From a virus, in the IMG/VR virus record IMGVR_UViG_3300050120_000158, positions 1 to 64,000 of that record: a stretch of DNA of 64,000 nucleotides; one strand, written 5' to 3'. Both the position numbers and the translations under genes were made by a program. The stretch's first letter is position 1. Each line of letters begins with the position of its first letter. Of this stretch, positions 19,074 to 29,124 are shown one piece after another. A model generated the notes under the pieces. It saw only the letters and a program-made list of their open reading frames with translations, was not told where the DNA came from and searched no databases.

Positions 19074-20013
19074 TTACATTGCTCCGACGATTGAAACAGG
19101 ACGTGCATACCGGGCAGTCCTTGGCGCGTGGTACGGCGGGTCCATCGCATATTCTGGTTGGTAGAATATTACGATCTAGGCTTTCCTTGAGCAAGCGGGC
19201 ATTTTCAAGCATCGGCTTAATACGGTCGCCCGGCGATGCCCGCTTTGAGAACTCCCGGTACACTGCCTTGCCAAAGAGCTTCTTATTGCTCCGGTCGGCA
19301 TAGAGGTAGTTAACAAAGGGATCGATTTCATGCTTGATGATACCCTGCTCGATCATCCAGCGGATCATCCAGTAATAGAACGATGCCTGTAAGGTATGGT
19401 CGCCAAGCGGCGCTTCCAGCCGGTCGAAATCAATGCCCTCTCGGTCGAGGGTTTTAATCTCGTACAAGTGAAGAACGTTACCCCAAAGCAAGAACAGGTC
19501 AGGGTGACCGGTGATATTGTATTGCTCATGGAGTAGGTCGATTTCTTCGTAGATGCGTGCGTGCAGTCCACAGTGTTTGCAGGTTCCTGCAACCGGGTCG
19601 GGCATCAACTGCATTACGAAATGCGTCTTACCGCAAAGGCACCGCCAATTGCCCCAGACCTTATCGCCATGGGGACTGCGCTTGATAAAATCGTTGGTCA
19701 TATGCGCTTGCGCACCATGGCCAAAGGTATGCAGCAAGCTCATGCCAGCGGATATCTTGCGTACATAGCTCCCGTTGCGCTGTTCGATGAAGGATAGCGC
19801 ATGCTCACGCGGGCAAAACCGCCGTCGCGAGTTGGACTGGATCAGGTCGGATACGTGAATGTAATACTTGTCCCGCGTGTAGCCACGGGTCCGGTGGTAA
19901 TCAACATGCTCACTGTTGAGCGTTTCGGCGATTACACCGAACGGCTTCGTATCGCTTTCGACCGGCTTGAAGAACCTATTAGGCTCAGGTTTTGGAAGTA
20001 TCTTGAGCGGCAC
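19060..20013 (-). CDS. Cas4-like PD-(D/E)xK exonuclease
   Basis: CPR...GHPD...YEIKT...Q...Y, C-terminal Cys cluster. Confidence 0.8.
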   Translation of the reverse strand: MPLKILPKPEPNRFFKPVESDTKPFGVIAETLNSEHVDYHRTRGYTRDKYYIHVSDLIQSNSRRRFCPREHALSFIEQRNGSYVRKISAGMSLLHTFGHGAQAHMTNDFIKRSPHGDKVWGNWRCLCGKTHFVMQLMPDPVAGTCKHCGLHARIYEEIDLLHEQYNITGHPDLFLLWGNVLHLYEIKTLDREGIDFDRLEAPLGDHTLQASFYYWMIRWMIEQGIIKHEIDPFVNYLYADRSNKKLFGKAVYREFSKRASPGDRIKPMLENARLLKESLDRNILPTRICDGPAVPRAKDCPVCTSCFNRRSNVIVAT

Positions 20014-20374
20014 GTATTAATCCCTCTAATTGCTTAACATCGCAAATGGCTAGCTCTGCCTCGGGTTTCCCACTTTGGTTCAAGAATTCCACGACTAAGA
20101 TAGGCATTTCGTCCGAAGCTAAAGCTGCATTTCGTATCTTGTCTAGCATAGCTATCGTAACGCTGAAAGAACGCCGCGAAGTCGCTTTTGCTTCCAGCCG
20201 GATCAAGCCCGCAATCCGTACATCCCCTTTGGTGGTACCCGCACCACTCCGGGAGACTTGGCGGGCATTCAATCTCTTTGCCAAATCTTTTTCTTGCTTT
20301 GGTGCCCGCCAGAAGGCGTTCCCCTGTTTCGACTTTTGGGCCGCGCGTGTCATAAAGGGGTTTGGTGGGGACAC
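19985..20374 (-). CDS. Hjc-like PD-(D/E)xK resolvase/nuclease
   Basis: QEKDLA...SGAG..KGD...LEAK. Confidence 0.75.
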   Translation of the reverse strand: MSPPNPFMTRAAQKSKQGNAFWRAPKQEKDLAKRLNARQVSRSGAGTTKGDVRIAGLIRLEAKATSRRSFSVTIAMLDKIRNAALASDEMPILVVEFLNQSGKPEAELAICDVKQLEGLIRAAQDTSKT

Positions 20375-20448
20375 TTAGCAATGCTCCGTTGAAACGTACT
20401 ACGCGGGGCCGGGGCTTTAGGCTGGGAACGAACGGCTTGACGTATTTC

Positions 20449-21729
20449 TTAAGTGACGCCCCACTTCTTACGATAGGTGTCCACAATTCTCGATACAATT
20501 CCCCGTTCCCGCGTCCCGTCATCCACGAGGAACTTGGAGAAATCGGCCGCACTCCTAAACTTTCCATCAAACGGATCATCCACGACGCTAAAGCTCGTTG
20601 GATGGCCGTCGAGAACGCCACTAGAAAGTCCGAAGGAGATGATTGATCGTACTTGGTTAACGTAACCAACCGGGAGTCCGTAGCTCTCGTCGCGAACGAG
20701 AACAAATCGTCCTTCCTTAAAACGTCCGCCAGATTTGTCTTTGGTGATCTTAATCGAGTGTTCGTTATATACGACGGTGGTGCCCTTGTCGGCTTTCTCG
20801 TCCCCGGATGGTGGAGCGGCCCCCTTCTCTCCCTTCGTCTTTTCGGCATTAGTATGCTCTTTGTTTGAAATTTCGATCTGTTGCGTGGTGGCAAATTCAA
20901 GGGCCTTGCCACCGGGCAGAACGCGGGGGTCCCCGAACATAACGCCGATGGACATACGAAACTGATTGAGATGCAAAACAACTGGATAATGCTGGCGATG
21001 GCGTTCGACCAGAAGTGTGGCGTTTACGCGGCGAAGGTAGTTGCCGATAAGCCTTGCGTGAATGCCCGGGAAACTGTCCTCCGCACTCGATATGATTTCT
21101 TTCATTGGCGTGAGGAACGCGATGCTGTCCGTAACGATGATGCAGACTTCCATGGTCCGCAACAGTGCGTCGGCAATATCCACGGCGGACTCCCCGGTCT
21201 CAGGCTCAACGATGTGGAGCCGGTCAAGATCAACGCCTTGCATAGCCGCCCACGGCGGATCGAACGTGCCTTCGATATCCATCCAGATTGCGAACTTGTC
21301 GGGGTAGGCGCGTTGCGCCGCCGCGACGAACCTTGCGGCAATTGTAGATTTGCCTGCGGACTTGTTACCGTAGATCATCGATCCGCGTGATGCCATCAGG
21401 CCGCCAGCCAAACACAGGTCCGCCGATAGGATGCCGCTAGGGATACGTCCGAAGTTGACGCGCTCGCCATTGGCCCGGGTGATGATTGCCGGGCTGTAGA
21501 CCTTTTTCATTTGCTCTACAACGTTAGCGAGTTCCCCATAAACCTCGATAACGGAGTGCTTGATGATCGGTGCCCGTTCGCGTCGGCGCATACCGCCCTT
21601 TTTCTGTTCGATAGCCCCAACCAAGCTATCGATGGCCCCCTTAGTTTCTTCCGCTAGAGCAACTAGCGACGGGCTTGCAGGAACCTGCAAGGGGACGATA
21701 GGGAGTTTTCTTATCGCGATGGCCATCAA
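20449..21729 (-). CDS. recA: RecA-like recombinase
   Basis: IPSGILSADLCLAGG, GNKSAGKST, DIEGTFD, DSIA, NQFR, PGGKALEF. Confidence 0.9.
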   Translation of the reverse strand: MMAIAIRKLPIVPLQVPASPSLVALAEETKGAIDSLVGAIEQKKGGMRRRERAPIIKHSVIEVYGELANVVEQMKKVYSPAIITRANGERVNFGRIPSGILSADLCLAGGLMASRGSMIYGNKSAGKSTIAARFVAAAQRAYPDKFAIWMDIEGTFDPPWAAMQGVDLDRLHIVEPETGESAVDIADALLRTMEVCIIVTDSIAFLTPMKEIISSAEDSFPGIHARLIGNYLRRVNATLLVERHRQHYPVVLHLNQFRMSIGVMFGDPRVLPGGKALEFATTQQIEISNKEHTNAEKTKGEKGAAPPSGDEKADKGTTVVYNEHSIKITKDKSGGRFKEGRFVLVRDESYGLPVGYVNQVRSIISFGLSSGVLDGHPTSFSVVDDPFDGKFRSAADFSKFLVDDGTRERGIVSRIVDTYRKKWGVT

Positions 21730-21750
21730 TCAATTCCTGTCCCTGAGATG

Positions 21751-21779
21751 AAAACGGAGAGGGTGATTAGCCCTCTCCG
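21751..21779 (-). terminator. intrinsic terminator
   Basis: CGGAGAGGG/CCCTCTCCG stem plus U4. Confidence 0.7.
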
Positions 21780-21804
21780 CGTAGTCCGTAGAAAGTCGCG
21801 GGTC

Positions 21805-22659
21805 TTACGCCCCGGCTTCCTGCTTCTCAAGGATTTTCTTGATAGCAGCCTTGCGGGCGATCTTCTCGGGACCAGTCGGGAACTTGCCCATGCCCCAAGC
21901 TTCGTAGACCGCCTTCAGATCGTCGGTCGAAGCGGCACCAAGGGTTTCCTCGGTGTAAGCCTCGTCCGCCGCTTCATCGGCAACCGCTTCGCCTTCGACG
22001 GCGGCTTCGCCTTCTCCGAGAATTTGTGCCTTCAGAACTTCGCGCAGATCGGCTTCCTCGGGGAAGTCGCCCGGGTTGACGCCAAGGTCCGGGTTCTCGG
22101 TGCAGAGCGCGATCATGGTATCCATGTCGGCAGCGTCGAGGTATTCCGCGTCGATGGTGCCTTCCGGCTGGGCTTCAGTTTCTTCCGCGACCGCTTCACC
22201 GGCAACCAGATCGGCATCGCCAGCAACGCCCGCGTCATTCTCCGGGGGAACGAAGCTGGTGATCAGTGCGTCGAGAGCCGCTTTGCCCTTCTCCATAAGT
22301 TGCGAAAGCATGTTGTCGGTTTCTTCGACGTAGTGCGGCGCACCAACGGAAACGTCGAACTTGACCATTTCCATATGGCCGCCGAGCGCCTTGTTGTAGC
22401 CGATCTTGATGGACGAGAACGCCGGATTGGTGGCGAACACCTTGATATCCCGTTCCTCGGAAACGACGGGCTCGCCGTTGATGGTGCCGTTTTCAAGGAT
22501 CGTGGTGGATACGGTCATAACCGCTTCCCGCAGGATCGCGGTGGGGGTCGTCTTGGTAACCGGTTGCCCGCCGACAGTGGCAAGCGCGGGCTTGGCGGCT
22601 GGCTTTGCTGCAACAGCAGCGGCAGGTTTGGCAGCGACAGCGCGGTTCTGAATAGCCAT
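21805..22659 (-). CDS. acidic protein with PAAK N-terminal tail
   Basis: High GC3; acidic repeats. Confidence 0.75.
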   Translation of the reverse strand: MAIQNRAVAAKPAAAVAAKPAAKPALATVGGQPVTKTTPTAILREAVMTVSTTILENGTINGEPVVSEERDIKVFATNPAFSSIKIGYNKALGGHMEMVKFDVSVGAPHYVEETDNMLSQLMEKGKAALDALITSFVPPENDAGVAGDADLVAGEAVAEETEAQPEGTIDAEYLDAADMDTMIALCTENPDLGVNPGDFPEEADLREVLKAQILGEGEAAVEGEAVADEAADEAYTEETLGAASTDDLKAVYEAWGMGKFPTGPEKIARKAAIKKILEKQEAGA

Positions 22660-22671
22660 TAGAGGTTTTCC

Positions 22672-22734
22672 TTAGTTGATCTTGAGCTTTTTGCGGATTG
22701 CAGAGAAGCGCTGCTCAATTCGCCCTCTAACTTC
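22672..22734 (-). pseudogene. orphaned duplicate 3' end of gene 23134..23655
   Basis: Encodes EVRGRIEQRFSAIRKKLKIN* versus EVRARIESRFVAIRKKLKIG*. Confidence 0.85.
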
Positions 22735-23134
22735 GGTTAGTATTCTCACGTTCTCGCCGCTCTTTATCGGCTTGTCCGTGGTCTTTCTTACAGAGCCATC
22801 GAACTTCTAATGGCTTCATGTAATCCTCGTGGTGCGCTTGAACTTTATCCGATCCACAAACCTCACAAGGCTCTCGTTTTAGCGCACCTAGCACAAGTGC
22901 AAATCGAACTATCTGGCAAGCAGCCCATTGCTTTCGCCCCTTTGGTGTTTTCTGGCGAGCAGCGCTTCGCGCACTACTTTTCTTTCTATTTTCCGGTCGA
23001 TCCGAATGTACTTTAATCATTGCAGACGAACAGGGCTTACAATACCCGGCGTAGCCATCCCGCATCCTAGCATTTTTGTAATACTCGGAGATAGGCTTTA
23101 CCTCATGACAACCTAGGCATTGTTTACGATACAT
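22727..23134 (-). CDS. HNH-type homing endonuclease (Zn-finger)
   Basis: CLGC..CKPC; CEVCG..QAHHEDY..WLC. Confidence 0.8.
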   Translation of the reverse strand: MYRKQCLGCHEVKPISEYYKNARMRDGYAGYCKPCSSAMIKVHSDRPENRKKSSARSAARQKTPKGRKQWAACQIVRFALVLGALKREPCEVCGSDKVQAHHEDYMKPLEVRWLCKKDHGQADKERRERENTNRS

Positions 23135-23655
23135 TAGCCGATCTTTAGCTTTTTTCTAATTGCGACAAACCTGCTCTCAATTCGCGCTCTGACTTCCAAA
23201 TGGTCGCGCCTTAAGTAGGTAATAGTCTTCTGATGCTCCCCCACTTCTTCGATAAGGATGCGAACTTCTTCCTTGTGGTAGACCGGATAAGGGTCTCGCT
23301 TCCCGTTTCCCCTTACCTTGGTGGACATTAGCACCGGCGACGGGATAATCCCATTATCAACCCAGCGCCAAAGCGTTTGATAGAGCATCTGAAGCATTGT
23401 CGCTGTCTTGGGAATGCTGGCAACCGCCATTCGTTTTTGTTTCCCGTTCGGCAGCTTAACGTCCTGATCCTCCGTAAGTTTATCTAAAAATTGCAGCGAG
23501 TAAAGGCACGAAGTCATGTCAACATTGGCTTTATTTCGATACGCCTTTCGCGAAAGCTTTTTGGCTTTTTCCCTGTAATCAACGTCCGTCGCGTATCTAT
23601 GCTTCCGCTTCGAAACGACAGCCGGGGCTTTGCGCGTGAGAACTTGAATAGCCAT
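23134..23655 (-). CDS. MerR-like HTH DNA-binding protein
   Basis: TATMLQMLYQTLWRWVDNGIIPSP...VYHKEEV. Confidence 0.7.
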   Translation of the reverse strand: MAIQVLTRKAPAVVSKRKHRYATDVDYREKAKKLSRKAYRNKANVDMTSCLYSLQFLDKLTEDQDVKLPNGKQKRMAVASIPKTATMLQMLYQTLWRWVDNGIIPSPVLMSTKVRGNGKRDPYPVYHKEEVRILIEEVGEHQKTITYLRRDHLEVRARIESRFVAIRKKLKIG

Positions 23656-26204
23656 TATGCACCTAATTCAAAGTCTTGTGGCGTAAGGTAGGCCACCTCC
23701 CCCTGTTGGTCCGCATAAGAACCCTCCCTCGCCTTGGCGGCGCGCACAAGCCAAGGATATTCAAAAGGTTCCTTCGGTCCAAAGAGCGGGGCGGCTGCGG
23801 AGATGTCAGGGTATACCATAATGTGATCCCTGATTGAATACCATTCTGGTATTGGCTTGCCCGCCATCAACCGCAAGATACGTCCTACACCCTGTCTTAC
23901 GTTCTGCCTTGGCGTGAACTCGACGCCCATATCCAGTGCTTCAACGTCCGCGCCAGTATCAAACAATCCAAAGGTAGCCATCCTGATTTTGCAGGAACCT
24001 GCAACACGCTCTTGTTCCCCTCGCTTTACCTTTATCCTTTTACCTTTCAACGTGTACGCGCCAACGAGCATTCCGATATCCTCGGGGGCAACGCCCATGG
24101 CGATAAGGTGTTGCATGTTCTTGTAAAGCTGGTCTGTACGATCCGAAAGGCAGACTATTTCCCGGCCCCGCGTATACCCTTCGTATACGATGTTACAGAG
24201 CAATTGATTGCGATCATGGAAACGGGAAAGCAGGGAAGTCATGAAGCCTTCGTTGCCGACCTGTACCTGCGGCGGCAACGTCTTGTGATAGTCGATGACA
24301 AATATCTGCGGCTTCTCAACCTCTTGCTTGGAAACAATTCTAGGCTTTCCCAAGTGAAGGCTGCAAACCTTCAACAAGGCATCTCGTCGGTTTGTCGCGG
24401 TAAAGCCAATTCGGACTGAGGCCGGGTACCGGGACAGAATTCGACCCATGCTTGGCGTACCAATTTTGTGCCATTCATCAAAAATAAGCGCTGTAAAATA
24501 TTCCCTGAGGGCAACTGGATAGTCTCTACGCGCCAGCGAGGCGGCGACGCCCAAGACAATGAGTCGTCCTTCGTAGTCCTGCGTATCTTGCTGTATGTGG
24601 CCGACATATTGATTGAACCACTGTTGCCCCGTTGTGTCGATGATACGCTGACGCCACTGATTTAACAGGTAGGTTGTCGGTACAGTAATTAGTGTCGGGG
24701 CCTGAATAGCATTCTCGATAACATAGAGCGCCGAGATAGTCTTGCCGGTATTATGATGAATTACAAAGTCGGCGGTTAGATAGAGATGATCGCAATCAAG
24801 CCTAAAACCATAGTAGTCCCCTTTGCCAACTGGATGCACCGAAAATCCAGTAACTAACGGGTTTTTCTTTTGGGTGCGCGGGTTACAAAACTTCCTAAAA
24901 AGACGCACGGGTAATTCATGCATTTCGCCATAAGCATGAACGCGGTAATAAGTCACATCGTTAACGATCTTTAGTGCAATTGAAGCGCTATATCCTAGGC
25001 TCCGGCAAATAAACGCGGTGTCGTCTGCAAGCTGCCTTGACTTAAAAGTAAGCTCGTATCCATTGCCAGTTAATGAACCATCGCTATCGATAAGGCCCGA
25101 TAGAGTTTCTTTGCGTACTTCGATAGACCCGCACTTGTATTGGTGAGGAATAAACTTGGTTCCGCAAGAAACTGATCGTAGCCCTAGATAGCTAAACGCA
25201 TCAATCAAATCATTACAAATACCGCCGCGATTTCCGGCTGTAATATGGTAATTACTAGACCTATTATTTTTTTGTAGCTCCCGTCTAACGTCTAAATTAA
25301 AACGGCCCGCTTCATCGTAAATTGCATCAACGATTTCCCGATCCATCGTGGTAACGGTCGCTTTATTAGAATGTCCGTCACCAAGCCATATGCCTAGAAA
25401 ATACGGAGATATTGGCAACTTACCGTTAGGTGTCGGAAAATTAACACCGACTCGACGAAGCTTATGCAAGTGCTTAAATCTTGCCGTCCGTTCTAGATAA
25501 TCGGAAACAGTAACGTTTATAATTTCACCAGCTTGCTGAGATGCGTGATTGCGCGGGTCACGAATGCCGTGAAATTCCCGTGTTCTAACAAGAGAAAGAA
25601 TATGGCTCGCATTAACAGTGAACGGTTTACCACCTCGTTTAGGCGTAATAGAGAACATTTCTTCGTTGCCGGAAATAAGTTCAAGGACTTTACGCGGCTG
25701 GCTATCCGGCCCCATAAGCAAGTCCCCTATAGTGACCGCTTCAACCGGCTTAAGCGTCCCGCCAAACATGAGAATAAGAGTGCCCTCCGCGTGACATCCT
25801 GTTCTGGCGTTGGCAACGATATCCACAGGCTTAGGGCCGCGAACAGCAGCACACAGAGTTTCCATAAAGTCTTTTTGCTTTTGGTCACGGGGCTTGATCT
25901 TTCTGACAAAAAGCTCGGGCTGCGGTCGCTTGAACGTGGTGATGTTGATGAACTTGGTGACGCCTAGCTGTTCAATGCCGTAGGAACGGGGGACGCCGAT
26001 ATAGCCGGGGACGCTAAGGTCATAGCAGATAATTTCGGGGTTCGCTGCGTCAACCGTAGCCTCCGCTACGTAGTCTTCCTCGAAATCGACCTTCTCGTCT
26101 TGCTTGGTATAGCGGACGCGCAGCTTGTCCATAAGGGGCTGCGCGTCAACTAGGTTGAGCGGCACGTACATCAAGGCATTAACGAAGGTCTTACGTGCCA
26201 ACAT
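23655..26204 (-). CDS. superfamily 2 DNA helicase (intein-containing)
   Basis: ARTG|TGKT Walker A split by the intein; DEWH; FTAT; QGVGRILR. Confidence 0.9.
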   Translation of the reverse strand: MLARKTFVNALMYVPLNLVDAQPLMDKLRVRYTKQDEKVDFEEDYVAEATVDAANPEIICYDLSVPGYIGVPRSYGIEQLGVTKFINITTFKRPQPELFVRKIKPRDQKQKDFMETLCAAVRGPKPVDIVANARTGCHAEGTLILMFGGTLKPVEAVTIGDLLMGPDSQPRKVLELISGNEEMFSITPKRGGKPFTVNASHILSLVRTREFHGIRDPRNHASQQAGEIINVTVSDYLERTARFKHLHKLRRVGVNFPTPNGKLPISPYFLGIWLGDGHSNKATVTTMDREIVDAIYDEAGRFNLDVRRELQKNNRSSNYHITAGNRGGICNDLIDAFSYLGLRSVSCGTKFIPHQYKCGSIEVRKETLSGLIDSDGSLTGNGYELTFKSRQLADDTAFICRSLGYSASIALKIVNDVTYYRVHAYGEMHELPVRLFRKFCNPRTQKKNPLVTGFSVHPVGKGDYYGFRLDCDHLYLTADFVIHHNTGKTISALYVIENAIQAPTLITVPTTYLLNQWRQRIIDTTGQQWFNQYVGHIQQDTQDYEGRLIVLGVAASLARRDYPVALREYFTALIFDEWHKIGTPSMGRILSRYPASVRIGFTATNRRDALLKVCSLHLGKPRIVSKQEVEKPQIFVIDYHKTLPPQVQVGNEGFMTSLLSRFHDRNQLLCNIVYEGYTRGREIVCLSDRTDQLYKNMQHLIAMGVAPEDIGMLVGAYTLKGKRIKVKRGEQERVAGSCKIRMATFGLFDTGADVEALDMGVEFTPRQNVRQGVGRILRLMAGKPIPEWYSIRDHIMVYPDISAAAPLFGPKEPFEYPWLVRAAKAREGSYADQQGEVAYLTPQDFELGA
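24750..25796 (-). mobile_element. intein with LAGLIDADG endonuclease (349 aa)
   Basis: Starts CHAEGT, ends HHN followed by Thr; LGIWLGDG and LSGLIDSDG; lower GC. Confidence 0.92.
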
Positions 26205-26209
26205 TAGAA

Positions 26210-26641
26210 TTATAGCCTTTTCGCTTTTGGGTGTTTCATACCAACGCGAGTACCGCAGTAGGCTAGGAACCCCGGAGCGTTTAAGTTCTCTTTCTGTGTT
26301 CCCCATCCAACGTTGTCGGCCCGGTTAATTCTAGAGTTTTCATTCAAATGCATCGCTACCGCTTCCGGGAATGGTCTAGGGCCGTGGAACGCTTCACAGA
26401 TTAGCTGCGCTATTCTGTAAGTTCTTGTCGTTCGTTCCGGCGTCTTATCGCAAATAACCAAAACGTATCGTTTTTCATCCTCCTGCCAATGACCTATTTT
26501 AGGATCACCGGTATAAAGCCTAACACCCCGTCCGTTCGGCATTGCCGCATAGTAAGGTATTACTCTAACCCGACCGTAAGACGAAACTTCATATCGCGGT
26601 ACGGTCGGGCTAACGCGCCATTCTTCTGTAGGTTGAGGCAT
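26210..26641 (-). CDS. NUMOD4-HNH homing endonuclease
   Basis: EWR..YEVSSYGRVR; EAFHGPRP; MHLNE..N..DN. Confidence 0.85.
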   Translation of the reverse strand: MPQPTEEWRVSPTVPRYEVSSYGRVRVIPYYAAMPNGRGVRLYTGDPKIGHWQEDEKRYVLVICDKTPERTTRTYRIAQLICEAFHGPRPFPEAVAMHLNENSRINRADNVGWGTQKENLNAPGFLAYCGTRVGMKHPKAKRL

Positions 26642-26666
26642 TTCAACTTACAACCTATAGTATAAT

Positions 26667-27458
26667 CTAAAATGGCAAATCGTCGTCACTGCCCGGCGCG
26701 GCGTTATCCACGGAACCGATAGCGCCGCTGGCCGCGTTATCGATATTGTAGGTCAGCGCCATTTTCTCGGCGGAAAGGCGCGGGTACTGCTTGGTCATAT
26801 CGATAGGCAGGGCCAATTCGCCGTACTTGGCCAGTTCCGCTTCGGTCAGCATCCGCACGAACTCGACCGTCGATCCGGTGCCCGGGGCTTGCTTCTTGTC
26901 TCGGAAGCATCGAATGACCATACCCCGGAACGTCTTGTGCGCCTGATACAGCCGCTCGAATACCGGGATCATCGAAATCTTGACCGGGTAGGGCCGCTTC
27001 TGGCGGGGCTGAGGCTGTCCGGCCTTCGGTCCCTTTTTCGGGACGTACTTGCGGCTATCGATGCAACTAAGCATCATTTCGTAGCCGCCCTTCTTGCTGA
27101 GATTGCGGCAGAGCGGGCAACCCTCGGGGCCATCCGTGATGCAAACCTCGGTCTTGGGTTCGCCTTCCTCAAATCCCCAACGATGCATGTAGCAGAAATA
27201 AGGCATCGCCGGAATGCGAACCCTATCCGTAAGAATGATTGTCACACCCTGCATCCCGCCCTCGTTTACGTCCATGCGGAATTCATACGCTTGGCCGCGC
27301 TTACGTTCCCGTTCCTCGTTCATGGCTTGGGCAGTGGCAAAGCCGCCGCCGACTGACTTGGGGGGCGCGGCGGGAGCTACTGCGCGGCGTGCAGGAACCT
27401 GCAAGGGTTTCGCCGGGATAGCAATAGCACGGGCGGGGAGCTTAATATTGAGGGCCAT
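26667..27458 (-). CDS. single-stranded DNA-binding protein (gp32-like)
   Basis: H..C..CPLC Zn site; acidic DDDLPF tail. Confidence 0.75.
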   Translation of the reverse strand: MALNIKLPARAIAIPAKPLQVPARRAVAPAAPPKSVGGGFATAQAMNEERERKRGQAYEFRMDVNEGGMQGVTIILTDRVRIPAMPYFCYMHRWGFEEGEPKTEVCITDGPEGCPLCRNLSKKGGYEMMLSCIDSRKYVPKKGPKAGQPQPRQKRPYPVKISMIPVFERLYQAHKTFRGMVIRCFRDKKQAPGTGSTVEFVRMLTEAELAKYGELALPIDMTKQYPRLSAEKMALTYNIDNAASGAIGSVDNAAPGSDDDLPF

Positions 27459-27523
27459 AGGATTACCTTTGCAAGCGGTTCAAGCGGGGCAAGCGTTTCG
27501 GGCGAGCCTTTTGGGGCAAGGGT

Positions 27524-27553
27524 ATTCTACGGCTGGTCGCACTTTTTTGTCAA
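27524..27553 (-). promoter_or_regulatory. sigma70-like promoter
   Basis: TTGACA-N18-TAGAAT. Confidence 0.6.
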
Positions 27554-27565
27554 TGAATGCGTATC

Positions 27566-28057
27566 TTACTTTCTCCGATTATTTGCTTGCTCTTTTCTTG
27601 TTGCCCAACGACAGTTATCCGGTTCGTAGTTTCCATCGTTATCGGGATATCGGTCAATCGTTTTGCCGACTGGACGCTCGCCCATGTCGGCAAAGAAGTT
27701 TTCGAACGAATTTAGCCAACGATCGCAAACTGTAACGCCTCGACCGCCGTAGTAGCTATAATTTATAGTGTTTGGGTTAGTACATCTTTGCTTCATGGCC
27801 TTCCATACGTCATATTCTTTAGTTCTCGACAATCCATGTGTGATAGTTTTTGTAATTCCACGATTTTCCTGCAACAAGCAGCCGCACGATCTGACTACTC
27901 CAGCAGACAAGGCCGAACCACGCACCACTGTAGCGTTACCGCAGGTACATAAACAAAGCCAGCGCAAGCGCCCGCTAGTTTCGCGGCCACACTTGTTTAC
28001 AACCCGCAGCCGACCGAAGGTTACGCCCGTTAAATCTATGCATTTCCTACCCATCAT
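27566..28057 (-). CDS. HNH homing endonuclease
   Basis: FGRL..WLCLCTCG..SCGC..YGGRG..TIDR..DGNYEPDNCRWAT. Confidence 0.9.
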   Translation of the reverse strand: MMGRKCIDLTGVTFGRLRVVNKCGRETSGRLRWLCLCTCGNATVVRGSALSAGVVRSCGCLLQENRGITKTITHGLSRTKEYDVWKAMKQRCTNPNTINYSYYGGRGVTVCDRWLNSFENFFADMGERPVGKTIDRYPDNDGNYEPDNCRWATRKEQANNRRK

Positions 28058-29124
28058 ATTCTCGTGATTAATTCGGCATCTTTCATCATTGAGTGTATGA
28101 CGCCGGGAGGCAGTGATCCGGGGTCAGCCAACTCGTACCCTTCGGGGTACTGGACGCTTAGCAATGGTATCTTTCCAAACAGCGCAGCCTTAATGGTCTC
28201 AATGCAATCGTGTCCGGCGCTATCGTTATCCATGAACAGGACTACGGGCCGGTCCCATCGTATGAGTTTTCTTATCTTCTCGGGAGTAACCGCCGTTCCA
28301 AGAATTGCAATGCTTGGGATGCCCAATTCGGAAAGGAACGCATGATCAAAGATACCTTCAACGAGTGCAATCCGGGTATTACTACCGGTGCGGAATTGCC
28401 TCTGATATCCTCGAACACTCGATTGGGTTCGGACGAAAGCTCCCAATTCGCCAAGGAAAAACTGACGCTTTCTAAACCCAAAGTAATCGCGCACTTTGAG
28501 ATAGGGTCTGCCGTCGAGTTCGCATTCGTCTCCATCAGCATTGACGAGGGGAGCGGCGTCGATGCGACGACCGGTAAAGCCCGCAAAACGCCCTCCTGTA
28601 TCATACACAGGAAACAAGACCCTTCGCTGATAGGGGTCATAGCGGATACCAAGGCGGATAATTGTAGAAACTGAGATTGATCTATCCCTGAGATACGGAA
28701 TTCCTGTTGCGGAGGGGAATTCAAACTCTCGTCTCGGGTCGGGGTATTCAATTTGATCCGGCGTGGTTTGCGCACTGTATTCCTCCGGTATTTCATCGTC
28801 CCATTTAGGCAAGACTACTTGGGGACCGAGCAATTCCTGTAGCTCGATCTGCTTACCGATATGGGTAAGGTCTTGCTTGCGTAGCCGCCCTAGCTCATAG
28901 GCCAGTTGCGGCAACGATCCTTTGGAATGGCATGACCAGCATTGGTAGATTGAATGCCTGTCTTCGCTAACACTGATATTGAAGTGGTGCGACTTAGACC
29001 GCTTGTCATCATGCTTCCATTGCGCGAACGGACAACGGTAATGCAGCCATACTGCATTGCTTGTCCTAGACGGAGCGCCAAGGCCGAGAACCCGCGCGAA
29101 CTCGATTGCACCTTGGCGCTGCAT
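28054..29124 (-). CDS. DNA primase (Zn finger plus TOPRIM)
   Basis: CPF..H..CWSC; GFTGRR; VEGIFD; MDNDSAG. Confidence 0.9.
   Translation of the reverse strand: MQRQGAIEFARVLGLGAPSRTSNAVWLHYRCPFAQWKHDDKRSKSHHFNISVSEDRHSIYQCWSCHSKGSLPQLAYELGRLRKQDLTHIGKQIELQELLGPQVVLPKWDDEIPEEYSAQTTPDQIEYPDPRREFEFPSATGIPYLRDRSISVSTIIRLGIRYDPYQRRVLFPVYDTGGRFAGFTGRRIDAAPLVNADGDECELDGRPYLKVRDYFGFRKRQFFLGELGAFVRTQSSVRGYQRQFRTGSNTRIALVEGIFDHAFLSELGIPSIAILGTAVTPEKIRKLIRWDRPVVLFMDNDSAGHDCIETIKAALFGKIPLLSVQYPEGYELADPGSLPPGVIHSMMKDAELITRI

Noticed and set aside
19060-20013. CRISPR-Cas system from the Cas4-like gene
   Set aside because: No array or other cas genes; stand-alone Cas4-like nucleases are common in phage replication modules
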